DNA from: Harriotta raleighana
Lineage: Eukaryota
DNA: 64,000 nucleotides
Reading direction: 5' to 3'
Assembly (NCBI GenBank): GCA_050575255.1
Contig: JBNZDD010013678.1
Coordinates: forward strand, 3,901,405-3,965,404
In this document: in pieces, positions 23,801 to 36,215 of the stretch
Position numbering within the stretch: position 1 is the stretch's first letter
Layout: each line of letters opens with the position of its first letter
Made by a program: the position numbers and the translations under genes
The notes under the pieces: generated by a model
Databases searched by the model: none
The model's input: only the letters and a program-made list of their open reading frames with translations
What the model was told of the DNA's origin: nothing

Positions 23801-25126
23801 AATTTTAATAACAATGACAAGAAAATTACAGTTATAGAGTGCCTTTAACATCACATTTGAAAGAATACATCTCTTACAATGCTGCACCCCAGAACTATAT
23901 TTGACGTATGTAGAAAATCTGATGCACTAATTCCTTTATCAATGGGATATTGATTTTGTTTAAATTTCATGTTGTATTATTCTTTTCCTGAGATCAAAGA
24001 TTAAAACTTCTACTTTCCCTTCTTTCCCAGATGTCCAAGGCACAACAAGTTGATTGTTATTTTAAATAAAAGGCGTTTTAAGCATTTTATAACTTTTCTA
24101 AAGTTAATAGCAATCATGGTCACTCGATGATTCTAGGTGGGGTTTGGACAATGACATTTCTCTAAGAACTGAAACCCATCCCAAACTTTTACCAAGTATT
24201 ATTCTATTTTTCTAATACAGTAGTATTAATTAATTGATGAAATTCCCCCAAGATAACATAAATTATTTTGCTCAATGATTCTGAAAAAAGTGAACATCTT
24301 TAACTTTACATTTGCAAATTACAAATTTCCCTAAAATAATTGAGTTGTTTAATCCAATACCCCTTTTTATCAAGAGACCAAAACTGAAACATTCCTGGCT
24401 ATTGATATCTTATTCCCTTAATACTGTATTTTATATCTGCAATGTTAATTGTAAGGCCTAAAATGATCCTAGAATTTTATTCTTTGGTTTCATCATATCT
24501 TTCTCTATCTCTTACAACACAAGTTATCTATGTCATGAGTTATTGTTAATTAAAATCAAGTTTTAAGCAATGGCAACATATCCAGATTAATTGCATGATG
24601 AAAGTATTGATTTTAGAATTAAATCTGCTTGTCTCACTAAATTATACTGTCTATCTTCCAGCACTTGTGATGCAATTTACTTAAAAATAATAATTGACTG
24701 CAGTACTCTCTTGCCAATAGGGTAAGATAACAAGGCTACTATAAAGATATTGAAGATGATATTTTAGCTTGTGATTAGTTTGCAGCATATTCAAAGAGAT
24801 ATCCATTAATAGCTAACCTCAAAATACATAGTGTACATCTGACTGTCTCCAGCCTGACTACTGCCCTAAATCAGGGTTAAGATTTGTGAATGACTGACTA
24901 AATCGGGATTTTGAAATTCAACTGCCAAGTAATATTTCATTTTCTTAAGAATAAAATAATTAAAGAGAATGTAAAGCTAACTCCTAAATTGTACTCATTT
25001 AGATTCCTTTTCTTACTTAGCAGCAACATGCTTAAATCAGAATGTACATTATTTTAAAAACATGAACCAGCTCAGATTTACATTGTCTGTGAAACTGTTT
25101 ACATTTTCTTTTATTTAATAGTTATA

Positions 25127-25432
25127 TTATTATTATTTAATAATAATAGTCCTTGCATTTGATATAGCACTTTTCACTTCTTCTGGATGTCTCAAAGAGC
25201 TTCACAGAATATACCGTTTTTATACTGTATATATGTGGGCGGAACACGGCAGCCAAATGTGCACAGCAGTGTCCCACAAACAGTCGTGGATTGAAATGAC
25301 CAATTTTTTTTTTAGGTTTTATTATCAGGCATGTGGAGTTTGGAAACTTGCCCAGGTTTTGCCCTGCCGGGAATTGAACCCAGATCTCTCACTTGCAAGA
25401 TAAGTGCTCTAACCTCTGAGCTACAGGATTCC
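25127..25432 (-). mobile_element. tRNA-headed SINE
   Basis: Full tail, body and head, homologous to 16083-16388. Confidence 0.85.
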
Positions 25433-26674
25433 ATGATTACATAAAGGGTGGCAAATTCAGCAAGTGTTTGATAATCCACTTGAGATATAAACATGATTTT
25501 AATCTTACTGATTTCTAGTAAAGTAACGGCAATTGAATGCCATCAAGAACCCATTGGATTTCCTTCCTTATGTTGTTCCTGGATGTATCAAACTATGCTG
25601 TTTTNTATTTTAAATAAAAGGCGTTTTAAGCATTTTATAACTTTTCTAAAGTTAATAGCAATCATGGTCACTCGATGATTCTAGGTGGGGTTTGGACAAT
25701 GACATTTCTCTAAGAACTGAAACCCATCCCAAACTTTTACCAAGTATTATTCTATTTTTCTAATACAGTAGTATTAATTAATTGATGAAATTCCCCCAAG
25801 ATAACATAAATTATTTTGCTCAATGATTCTGAAAAAAGTGAACATCTTTAACTTTACATTTGCAAATTACAAATTTCCCTAAAATAATTGAGTTGTTTAA
25901 TCCAATACCCCTTTTTATCAAGAGACCAAAACTGAAACATTCCTGGCTATTGATATCTTATTCCCTTAATACTGTATTTTATATCTGCAATGTTAATTGT
26001 AAGGCCTAAAATGATCCTAGAATTTTATTCTTTGGTTTCATCATATCTTTCTCTATCTCTTACAACACAAGTTATCTATGTCATGAGTTATTGTTAATTA
26101 AAATCAAGTTTTAAGCAATGGCAACATATCCAGATTAATTGCATGATGAAAGTATTGATTTTAGAATTAAATCTGCTTGTCTCACTAAATTATACTGTCT
26201 ATCTTCCAGCACTTGTGATGCAATTTACTTAAAAATAATAATTGACTGCAGTACTCTCTTGCCAATAGGGTAAGATAACAAGGCTACTATAAAGATATTG
26301 AAGATGATATTTTAGCTTGTGATTAGTTTGCAGCATATTCAAAGAGATATCCATTAATAGCTAACCTCAAAATACATAGTGTACATCTGACTGTCTCCAG
26401 CCTGACTACTGCCCTAAATCAGGGTTAAGATTTGTGAATGACTGACTAAATCGGGATTTTGAAATTCAACTGCCAAGTAATATTTCATTTTCTTAAGAAT
26501 AAAATAATTAAAGAGAATGTAAAGCTAACTCCTAAATTGTACTCATTTAGATTCCTTTTCTTACTTAGCAGCAACATGCTTAAATCAGAATGTACATTAT
26601 TTTAAAAACATGAACCAGCTCAGATTTACATTGTCTGTGAAACTGTTTACATTTTCTTTTATTTAATAGTTATA

Positions 26675-26980
26675 TTATTATTATTTAATAATAATAGTCC
26701 TTGCATTTGATATAGCACTTTTCACTTCTTCTGGATGTCTCAAAGAGCTTCACAGAATATACCGTTTTTATACTGTATATATGTGGGCGGAACACGGCAG
26801 CCAAATGTGCACAGCAGTGTCCCACAAACAGTCGTGGATTGAAATGACCAATTTTTTTTTTAGGTTTTATTATCAGGCATGTGGAGTTTGGAAACTTGCC
26901 CAGGTTTTGCCCTGCCGGGAATTGAACCCAGATCTCTCACTTGCAAGATAAGTGCTCTAACCTCTGAGCTACAGGATTCC
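26675..26980 (-). mobile_element. tRNA-headed SINE (duplicate of 25127-25432)
   Basis: Lies inside the second copy of the duplication. Confidence 0.8.
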
Positions 26981-27214
26981 ATGATTACATAAAGGGTGGC
27001 AAATTCAGCAAGTGTTTGATAATCCACTTGAGATATAAACATGATTTTAATCTTACTGATTTCTAGTAAAGTAACGGCAATTGAATGCCATCAAGAACCC
27101 ATTGGATTTCCTTCCTTATGTTGTTCCTGGATGTATCAAACTATGCTGTTTTCCCTAAGTACAATGTAAGGTTAGATGCTTCTAACAGTTTCAATTTCTA
27201 CCTGCAACAAGCTC

Positions 27215-27702
27215 CACGATCACATCATTCCCACCCTCACCCAGCTCCATTGACTCCCCATCCCTCAGAGGATCAAATTCTAAATCATCGTCTTCACTTT
27301 CAAGGCCATTCACAGCCTTACCCTCTCCTATCTCTCTGACTTGCTGTTCCCCTATGAACGTGCCTCTACCCTCCATTGAGCAGGCTCTGGTCTGCTTCAT
27401 ATTCTCCACACAAATTGCCCTACCATTGGTGCATGGGCTTTCAGCCACTCTGCCCCACATTCTGGAACTCCACGCACAATCCCTTCGCCTTGCTTCCTCC
27501 CTTAACTCCTTTAAAGCCAATCTTAAGATGCTTCTCTTCGATTGTGCCTTCTGCTGCCCTTCCAAATCGCTCCCTCCCCTCCACCCTTCCCTGCCCTTTC
27601 CCCTCTGCTCAGGTCCCAATCTGACTGTTCAGTGCCCTGGGATGTTGCCCTGATGTGAAAGGCGCTCTAGAAATGTAATATTGTTTTTTGTTGTTGTTGT
27701 TT
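27215..27702 (+). mobile_element. L2-clade LINE, 5'-truncated 3' end
   Basis: Decayed ORF2 end (HIIPTLTQLH*LPIPQRIKF*IIVFTFKAIHSL..PYLSDLL), then GATGTGAAAGGCGCT and a (TTG)n tail. Confidence 0.85.
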
Positions 27703-28629
27703 CTTACCAGCACAGATCAGGTGCATTCTTGAGAAGGCATCATATATCTTGGCGCTATAGAGGAATGTCATGGAAGTTTTCCAATTGGCAACAGCCATAG
27801 TACAGCCAACTAAGGATATATTGTATATTGTGCTCCTTTTGTTAATTTTAGTGCAGGTCTGCCAGGATGTTTTCTGCATTTTCATATACTTTGACATAAC
27901 GCATTGCTTTGTTTAAGGCTGACATGACAAATGCCTTTTATACTTATACCAACACTACCATGGGGTTTGGAAGGAAGCTATGGTCTTAGACTGCTCAGCA
28001 AAAATCATGTCCTCTTAGATAGAGATATTTTTGTGACCTGCAAGCATGTTATACTTTTTTGTGTATGTGCGTTTCATGCTGAGCTATGCTGCTCACCAAC
28101 AAGTCTGTGGGGAGATCCTGTTCCCTCCTTTCCACAAAGTGAAGGCTCAAATTTGCACGTTGGGATTTCAAACAACCATCTGGGGACTATCCTCCTGTGA
28201 GGGTGAGGTAAGTGGGAGCTGAGCTAGCTCCAAGGTAATGTGCTTGGAAATGGAATGTTGGAATCAAGTTAACCCTCTGTAGTGGTCTGTGGAAGCACTC
28301 ATATTAACCCTGGCTCCTATTTTACCCTGTAAATTGAAGCCCTAATGGGTTCAGTAGTCCTCATTGGATAAGTCGCTCAACAGTGCTTTGCTGCTTACTG
28401 TTTAGCCTTCTTTCTATCCTGTGGAGTCTCCAAGCCTTGGCTCTTGCCAGCCTGTTACTGATACTCTCATGAATTAAATAAGCGGGATCTGTCCTTCCAA
28501 GCAGACTGTGCATTCCATTCCAATACATGGGAAGGTGTACATGTTCGTAGGGCTCACGGAACTCTGGTCAGGATACTATTAAACACAGTGTTGGGTTTCC
28601 ACATGTTTCAGACACTCAACTAACCAAGG

Positions 28630-28850
28630 AAATAATAAATAATAATCCTAGCATTTGATATAGCGCTTTTCACATCTTATCAATGTCCCAAAGCGCTTCA
28701 CAGAGTATACTGTAAAGTGAATTGACTGTATATTTGTGGGCGAAACGCGGCAGCCAATTGCGCACAGCAGTGTCCGACAAACAGTCATGGATTGAAATGA
28801 CCAATTTTATTATTGTAGTTTTTTTTGGAGGGATTATTATTCAGGCCACA
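28630..28850 (-). mobile_element. SINE, head truncated
   Basis: Tail and body of the same family. Confidence 0.85.
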
Positions 28851-29227
28851 AAAACCGGAAGGAAGCAGTTTAGGAAAAGTATTTTCAATGTACGTATATA
28901 TATTATATGTTGAAGAATAGAAGAAAATGAAATTCGATTAACTTTTTAAATCTTTTTTTTAAAAGCCCCTCCAAAAATCACACGAGTGAGCAGGAGTCAC
29001 ATAAACTGATAGTTGCAAAGTGCAGTGCTTCAACTTCACCAATGTAGACCGAAATACCCAGATGGTTGCGTTGCTGAAACAGAATTACGATTTGGCAAAG
29101 CTTCATTGTTTTTTGAGAAAAAAGCCTTGTTGTTTCCAATAAAGGAAACAACTGTTTGCAATCGCCTTGCAGGTCATTCGATCCTTGAAAAGAAACATTA
29201 AAAAAAGTTTATAAGGCAGACATAAAA

Positions 29228-29500
29228 TTAATCCATGCATTTGATATTGCGCTTTTCACAACTTCTAGATGTCTCAAAGCGCATCATAGAAAATAATGTA
29301 AAGTGAATTGACTGTATATCCCCTTTCCCTCCACGTCTCCAACTCCAGCTTGGGTCTGAAATAATGACCTTGGGATGACCTTCTGATGTGAAAGGCTCTA
29401 TAGAAGTGTAAGTTTGTTGTTGTTGTAATTTGTGGGCACGCCAATTGCGCACAGCAGTGTCCCAATGAGCATTTGTGGATTGAAATTACCAATTTATTAT
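29228..29500 (-). mobile_element. SINE interrupted by an oppositely oriented L2 tail (about 29319-29426)
   Basis: SINE body breaks after GACTGTATA and resumes at TTTGTGGGC; the insert ends GATGTGAAAGGCTCTATAGAAGTGTAAGT(TTG)n. Confidence 0.75.
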
Positions 29501-29517
29501 TGTTTTACTTGAAGATA

Positions 29518-29680
29518 ACAATAAGAATAATCCTTGCATTTATACAGCATTGACACATCTCAAAGCACTTCACAGGATATACTGTAAAGTGGGTTGACTG
29601 TATATTCTGTGTGTGAAACGCGGCAGCCAATTGTGCACGGCCGTATCCCGCAAACTGTCGGGTTGACCAAATTCTTTTAT
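29518..29680 (-). mobile_element. SINE, head truncated
   Basis: AATAATCCTTGCATT...GGCAGCCAATTGTGCAC family sequence. Confidence 0.75.
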
Positions 29681-29897
29681 TTTAGGGAGAGATTACGCCT
29701 TTGTTGTTATAATTTATTATCCTCATTATTATCATCGTCATTCTTATCACCACCCAAAAGAAGCTCCCATCTTTTGCATTGTTATCAGACTCAGATCCAT
29801 TCTCCCACCCACATACATATACACACATTCACACACACACAGATATATGTTTTTCACAGACGATGGACTCCCATTGAGAGGTCATTGCTTAGCCATG

Positions 29898-30025
29898 CAC
29901 TGCGCATGCGCGCTGGTCAACCAAATGCCCGCCCGAAGCAGGAAGTGACGCTACCGACCCCGCCGGAAGTGACGTCCGCCTGCTACCCGCTAACTACACG
30001 AGCGAGCAAACCTTGAGCGGCGGCT
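29898..30025 (+). promoter_or_regulatory. Mtx2 promoter: NRF1 site and two ETS(GABP)-CRE motifs in a small CpG island
   Basis: TGCGCATGCGCG (29901-29912), CAGGAAGTGACG (29939-29950) and CCGGAAGTGACGTC (29963-29976), 130-200 bp upstream of the ATG; typical of nuclear genes for mitochondrial proteins. Confidence 0.85.
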
Positions 30026-30103
30026 CAGAGGACACTGAGTGACACACAGATACACACACACACAGAGACAGACAGAGAAAGACACAGACAGAGAGCAGCG
30101 GCT

Positions 30104-30143
30104 ATGTCCATAGCGCATGATGTGCTCTTCTCCCAAATGGCAG
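30104..30143 (+). CDS. MTX2: Metaxin-2 exon 1
   Basis: MSIAHDVLFSQMA aligns with human MSLVAEAFVSQIA; donor CAG|GTAAAT, phase 1. Confidence 0.85.
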
Positions 30144-30263
30144 GTAAATGAAATGCTCATGAACTCGGCATCGCTCTGTGTGCAGCCCGCACAGGCCTGG
30201 AGTCAGCTCAGGCCACCAGAGAGGAGAGGTTTGCATTGGAATCAACACTTGCAGCTTTATACA

Positions 30264-30294
<31 letters not shown>

Positions 30295-32699
30295 ATATAT
30301 ATACATGAAGGTCTAATAAAATACCGTAAATGAGAATTGTAAGGGCTCTGATCAGTAGGGACTGCAGAAATGTATTCATCACGTTGAGCACAGGTGCACT
30401 AATAAACCGGTACAGAAATGTAATACAAGCTGTACATTATTTAATTATGTTATGGGTAGAAGTGAAATCAGTTCGTTAAATTTTTCAAAATGGAAATTTG
30501 TGCCTTGGTAAATAGTGTATATGCAATTAAAGTACAGTTTTTGTTTGGTCAGCCAAAAGAATGACACATGCAGAGTATTTAAGAGTATCCAAACCAGAGA
30601 GCTCCATTGATACAACTTACACAATTGAGAAATTCTTGTGTTTGGAGTGGACTCAACACTACGGGATACACCAAGCTGAGCTAATTCTGGAGCATTTTAG
30701 GCACAGGTTGGCAAATGTCAAGGTTTGGGTAGCTCAGCATGTGCATTTGGGGTACTGCTAGAACAGCTTGCGATCGAACGCATTGTCTGGCAAGCTTTGT
30801 GTACAGATAGGATCGTCTTCCTTATTAGCGCTTTGGCTTGGAAGGTGTTGAGTCTCTGCCCCCAGTGACTGACCAGTCTGCCCCTCCCAAGTCCTACTGA
30901 CAAGCCAGCTGGCTGCTCCATCATCAACATTGCCCTGGAGGTCCGTGGACCTGCATGGCTCAGAAAGTTGTCTACTAAGCTAACCACAGAAAATTCACTT
31001 GATTCCTACATTCTGCTATGAAGTATGTCTCCTTGAGCCAGTTTATCACCAAGGAAACACTGTTTTACTCCTCTCTCTCTCACCCCCCCCACCACACATA
31101 TACACAGAGGATAGTCCTGCTTGTTGTCATTATCAGATGTATATTTTCACAGCATTAAAATAGTGAAATTGTCTATTGTGATTTAAAGTATGCAGTGATA
31201 GACTGGTCTCACAAATTAAATGGAAACTTACTAAATCTCAGACATTCAGACATTCCTGTCAACAACTTATGTAGATGCTGGGCAAATGTGAAATTTTTAA
31301 TAGTGTCACATGTTCTTAATTAATATTCTGCATCAATTATCCTTCTTTAAAAATACAAACATTCCATTAAATATCTCCCTGATTTCTAAAGGTAATTGAG
31401 CAAAATTAATATGCCATCAGTATAATGTGTGTCAAAAAAACTTGTAGAGTTAGAAGCAACAACAACTTGGATTTATAAAGTGCCCTCCATGCCAGACGGC
31501 ATCTCAGAGCGCCTCACAGTAGCAGGAAGCAAACATTTATAAATCCTGTTTGCTTTGCACACTAGCACATGTATATGTACAGAATACTGTTTGCCATTCG
31601 CTTGTAATGCGGGTGTCTCGTAATAATCAAAAATAATTGACAGTGCCATTAGTTATTTTAAATCAATGTAAATGTCAATGTTGTATTTAATTTTGTTAAT
31701 ATGAAGTGTGTAATGGCTTTGCCAGTGAGCTGTCGTTACATTGACTGCAGTGGTATTTGTAGGCTCTTTTGATTTTGATTTCATAAGATTTATTCTGGAA
31801 TACATTAGAACCTAGCATTTTTACGTCTGAGGAGTGAAAAATGAAGCTGTGCAACCTACTGCTTCATTCATTTCCTGGTGTTTTGAATACATTTAAGCTT
31901 GCATCACTTGTGTGACTTACAAAAGGGATTTTTTTTAACTGTTTGAGATTATTGATGGGACTACTTGGGGCAATAACACTACCTGTAATTGTTATTAAAT
32001 GTGATGTCATACTCCATTAATGATAGCAAGCTGTGTGCATGAAGTACCATGTTGATAAAGAGCAATACCGTGGGTTAGTAGTTTTTGTTGGAAGTTTTTT
32101 TTTCTCATTTCATTAACATGAGCAACACAGAAAGTGGGGAAAAAAGTTGAAACATTAGGAATGAGCTGTGAATAGATTTTCTTTTCCTTTTGGTGCATGT
32201 AACACAGCACAGACTTGCAGTCTTCCACATTTATAAATAGCTCAGTGACATATAGCCACATGCTTACTACCCAACCTAATAAAGTGCACGTGGAGTCTGC
32301 CAACAATGAGGGCTGCCTGGAAGCTACCTACCAGTGAGATTCAAAGGCCTTTCCTGGCTGTTCTTGGACCAGTGTGTGGCTGAAAGCTTGCCCACTGTTG
32401 TTGTGGTGGATTGGACGGGGGCTGTGAAGCAGCCATTTGGCCCAACTAGTCTGTAGAACCCTTTACTTATGTGGAGAGAAATCCTTCAGTCATCGCCCTC
32501 CTTCCTTCTCTGCTGGTTACTTTTGCTAATCTTACTGATGTAGAAAATCTATTAATGACTGCATAGGAAATGATAAAAGGAGTGGATGAATTTGCAGACT
32601 AATCTAAGAGCCAATCCAGAACCCAAGGATCTGCAGTTGTGGATTCAGAATATAGTGAACATTAACAACTTATATTTATACAGCTCCCTTCACTTCGGA

Positions 32700-32832
32700 T
32701 AGTGTCTTGAGCACTCTACAAATGTGGTTGGATCCTGAGCATGGGAGAAGGTGGAGTTGATCACAGAGTTAGTATTTAAGGTGAGACATAAAGACAGACT
32801 GAGAGGGGTAGAAGGAGTTCCAGAGGCTAGGA
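32700..32832 (-). mobile_element. Degraded L2-like fragment
   Basis: GACTGAGAGGGGTAGAAGGAGTTCCAGAGGCTAGG resembles the reverse complement of the L2 3' region at 51180 and 59380. Confidence 0.4.
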
Positions 32833-34702
32833 GTGTAGAATCTAAAAGTTTCATATGTACTGTACTTTGCAATATTTTCATATGCAAGGTTATTTTAAAT
32901 ATGTGGTTTTATAAACTTTCATTTAAGAAAGTGATAAAAGGGCACCCTATTTTACAGCAAAGCAACCCCAGGTAAATTTAAAGTGAAGCATTGCTTATAC
33001 AGTTAAACCTTAGTTTTTCTGTGTATCTTTCTTGAACATACCTTAGAGTTCCATAAAATGCATTGAATTGTTAAGTAGTCATTTTTAGAATAAAACTTGA
33101 TATTGTACAAAGGAAGGAAGACTGCAGGTGTAATTACTTGCTGAATTCATGGGAAAGAATGAGTTGAGTGGTATGGCAGGCATATGGAAATTTTACTATT
33201 GTAGCGATTGGTGACAGTATTCACTTCTGTGATTTGATTATATATGAGGCATTCGCAGAATTAGTCACAAAATACTGAGTGATTTGCAATATGCTAACGG
33301 GCAAGGCTGAACATGCCTTCTAATTTGCAGTGTCCCAAAGCAAAACTCAATAGGAATCATATCCTAAACAAAATGCAGCTGTGAAATCACAGATTTGCAC
33401 AATCAAAATTATGTAACTGCATCTTCCATCAAATTCTCAGCTGAGACAGTAAATCTTGAAACAATTTTAAGATACTTTGATTATAACTTATTGGTTTAAA
33501 CAGTTTCGATCTCCTCTGTCTCTGTCCTAGTGTGGTGTATGTGTTATAACTTAGATTTTTAAAATTGTGAATATAGTTTTAAGAAATAAAACTTCACCAC
33601 ACAATACTGTAACTAAAAATAGACTAAATTGTACATTTCAAAATAAAATCTTGAATGTTACAGAGACCTCTGTTGGTGAACAGAAGACCTAGGGGAGATC
33701 TTTTCATGCTCTCATGGTAGATGTGGTGAGCTAAACAACTGTAAATCCACATGCCACAGAATTTCGTAACCCAAGGATACACTAGGCTTGATTTTAGTAG
33801 AACACAATGTGCACGTTTAAAGAGAATTTTGTATCGTAAATCATGGACAGAAGCAATGGGCTGCAGTGGTTAAAGCAGCATGAAATTTTAGTGTTTTGGT
33901 GATGCGAGAGACTTTATAGCATGTGCATTTTTTTATATGCAAGTTTTCTTTGTACGTTTGTTATTCTATTCTGAAATCTGCAGCTGTAAATGTCAGCTGA
34001 GCTGTTTTACTGTTCTATTAATTATTGGCCATCAACAGTCTTGACAGGCAGGTTTAAATATAGCTAAACATTGGTCGCTATTAAGTGTGGCTTGAAATTG
34101 TTTAAACATTTTTATGTTTTCCTGTAATTGGAGTGCTCGTGTAAAAACATTTGTAGGTATTACTGTAATTAAACAAGTGTGGCTTTATTTATTACTGGAA
34201 CTGAAATGGAATGCAAATAGTATCATTCAATATTAAAATGTTATAATATTTTGTTATGTAAATGTAGCAAATCTGTAGTTTGAGTCGTGAATAAATTAAA
34301 AGAGCTAATCCTCGGATAATAAAGTGATTTTTTTTCATTGTGTATGAGTTTTTAATTGTTGCTTTTGCCAGTGCCATTGAAAGAAGATTTAATGGAAGAT
34401 TTATTATCTTGAAATAACGACGTTGTTTGTGTGATGTTGGGGTTTACTGGTGAATTGCAGATTGTATATTGATTATTGCAAAATTGCAGAATATCTTTTA
34501 TTTTAATAACTTCTCCTGGAAACGTTGTCTCCATTAGCTACACATTGTCTCCTTTATTGTGGTTTACCATTCTCATAAAGGGGAAACCACAGACAGATCA
34601 TCAGCTATTATCATGATAATATCAGTAGAGTTATGTGACAGTTGTGTCTGTTAGCTCAATGCTGCATTGTTTTGAATATTTTTATCAAAAGTTTTACATT
34701 GA

Positions 34703-34900
34703 CAACAACAACAAAATTACATTTGTATTACGTCTTGTACATTGTTCTAGCTCCTTTCACATCGGGAAAACAGTCAGTGTTTGGACCCGAGGTGGGATGG
34801 GTGGAGGGAAGGGGGTGACCGATGGCATGATCGAAGAGGAAGGTCTTGAGGTGGGACTTAAGAGGGGGTGAAGCAGTGGGATTGCTGGATGGAATTCCAA
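34703..34900 (-). mobile_element. L2 LINE 3' fragment
   Basis: (CAA)n tail, CCTTTCACATCGGGA and GAAGAGGAAGGTCTTGAGGTGGGACTT match the reverse complement of 59430-59607. Confidence 0.75.
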
Positions 34901-34999
34901 AGGTTGACCAGAAAATGCGGTTGTATTTCTCAAACTCAAGAAACCATTTTCTAAATAATGATGAGATCAAGCTATTTCCAACATTTTGTATTATATGCG

Positions 35000-35459
35000 T
35001 CAGACTGGCTCAAGAGTAGCATTTTCTCCTCTGAATTAGAAGTGTGAGTTTAAGCCTCACATTGGTGTTTGGACTCACATCATCTTCATGCACACTCCAA
35101 TGCAGTGCTGCGGATATGTTGCATTGTTGAAACTGCCATCCTTTGGATAAGACTTGAAATCAAGATACCATCTGCCTGTTCAGGTGGATGTTAAAGATCC
35201 AATGGCACTATATGAAAGAGAACAGAGTTTCTCCTAGTGTCCTGGCCAACAATACCCAAATGTTAAAAAGTTGGTAATTCCCTCCATGGCTGTTTGTAGG
35301 ACATTGCTATCTGCAATTGGCTGGTGCATTTCTCCCATGAAATACACAGTTAATCCACTTGATCCACTTAATAGTATATCCTTTGAAGCGTTTTGAATCA
35401 TTTTGAGCACTTGTTAAGGCGCAATATCAAAATGGAGTGATTATTATTATTATTATTAT
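35000..35459 (+). mobile_element. Full-length old DeuSINE-like element
   Basis: Decayed tRNA-like head; central GGTGGATGTTAAAGATCCAATGGCACTA..GTGTCCTGGCCAA..GCTGTTTGTAGGA (Deu domain as I recall it from SacSINE1/AmnSINE1); L2-type tail with (TTA)n. Confidence 0.75.
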
Positions 35460-35879
35460 CTGTGGATAAACCACAGTGCTAGGCTGAGTATTGCTTTGCT
35501 ACATTTAGGGAGGAAATTGCAGTATTATAATTGAAATATAGCAAAGTGCTTTGGAAGCAGTCTTGGTTGGGTAGACTTAAAATTCAGCTGTAAAACAATA
35601 ATCTCGAGATTGCAGGAAGTAATTCACTCACGTAATTTGTCATTGTCAAATTGATTGACTGCATCATTTTATTTATACTTTTGTTTCATATTAAAGAATT
35701 TCATCCTTGTTTTTATTAAAATAATTTTGATGTAAATCATGGCCGTTCCAAACATGCACCTGCAAACTTATGATCCATTTGTTTCATCCATACGGATTTT
35801 GAACTGAGTAATTTTTGTCTTATCAATTTATGCAATATCATTGCTGATTATATATTTTTCAATACAGTGAATAGGTAGA

Positions 35880-36215
35880 AGATAGCCAGCCATGCAAGTG
35901 CAGTACTGAAAGAGTGGTGTCTGCTGGATTAAAGATCCTATAGGACACTGATGAATGCCCTATACAATCTTTAGGGCATTCAATGAACAGGGAGTTCTCA
36001 AAGTGTCCCCTGGCCAAAAATGCCCCTCTTCCCAAATGTAACAAAATAGATTAATTGGTCATTCATCTAATTTTTGTTTGTGCAATATTGCTGGCACAGG
36101 ATATCTTTAGCCTGCATAATAGCAGTCACTAAAGGTCAAAGTAACTCATTGTGTAAAACGCTTTGAGACTTTTCAATATAATAATGTGTTCTATCAAATA
36201 CAGGTATTATTAATA
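35880..36215 (+). mobile_element. Old DeuSINE-like fragment
   Basis: GAACAGGGAGTTCTC..CCTGGCCAA..TTGGTCATTCATC..AAACGCTTTGAGAC. Confidence 0.6.

Larger units (their letters stand above)
24058..27152. repeat. Tandem duplication of 1547 bp (24058-25604 / 25606-27152) joined by a single N; probable assembly artefact
   Basis: The two copies look identical by eye, with identical ORFs offset by 1548 bp (25312 and 26860); the only N in the window (25605) is exactly at the junction. Confidence 0.92.

Noticed and set aside
29594-30016. 140-aa ORF upstream of Mtx2
   Set aside because: Runs through a SINE, CA repeats and promoter motifs; non-ATG start; no recognisable domain.
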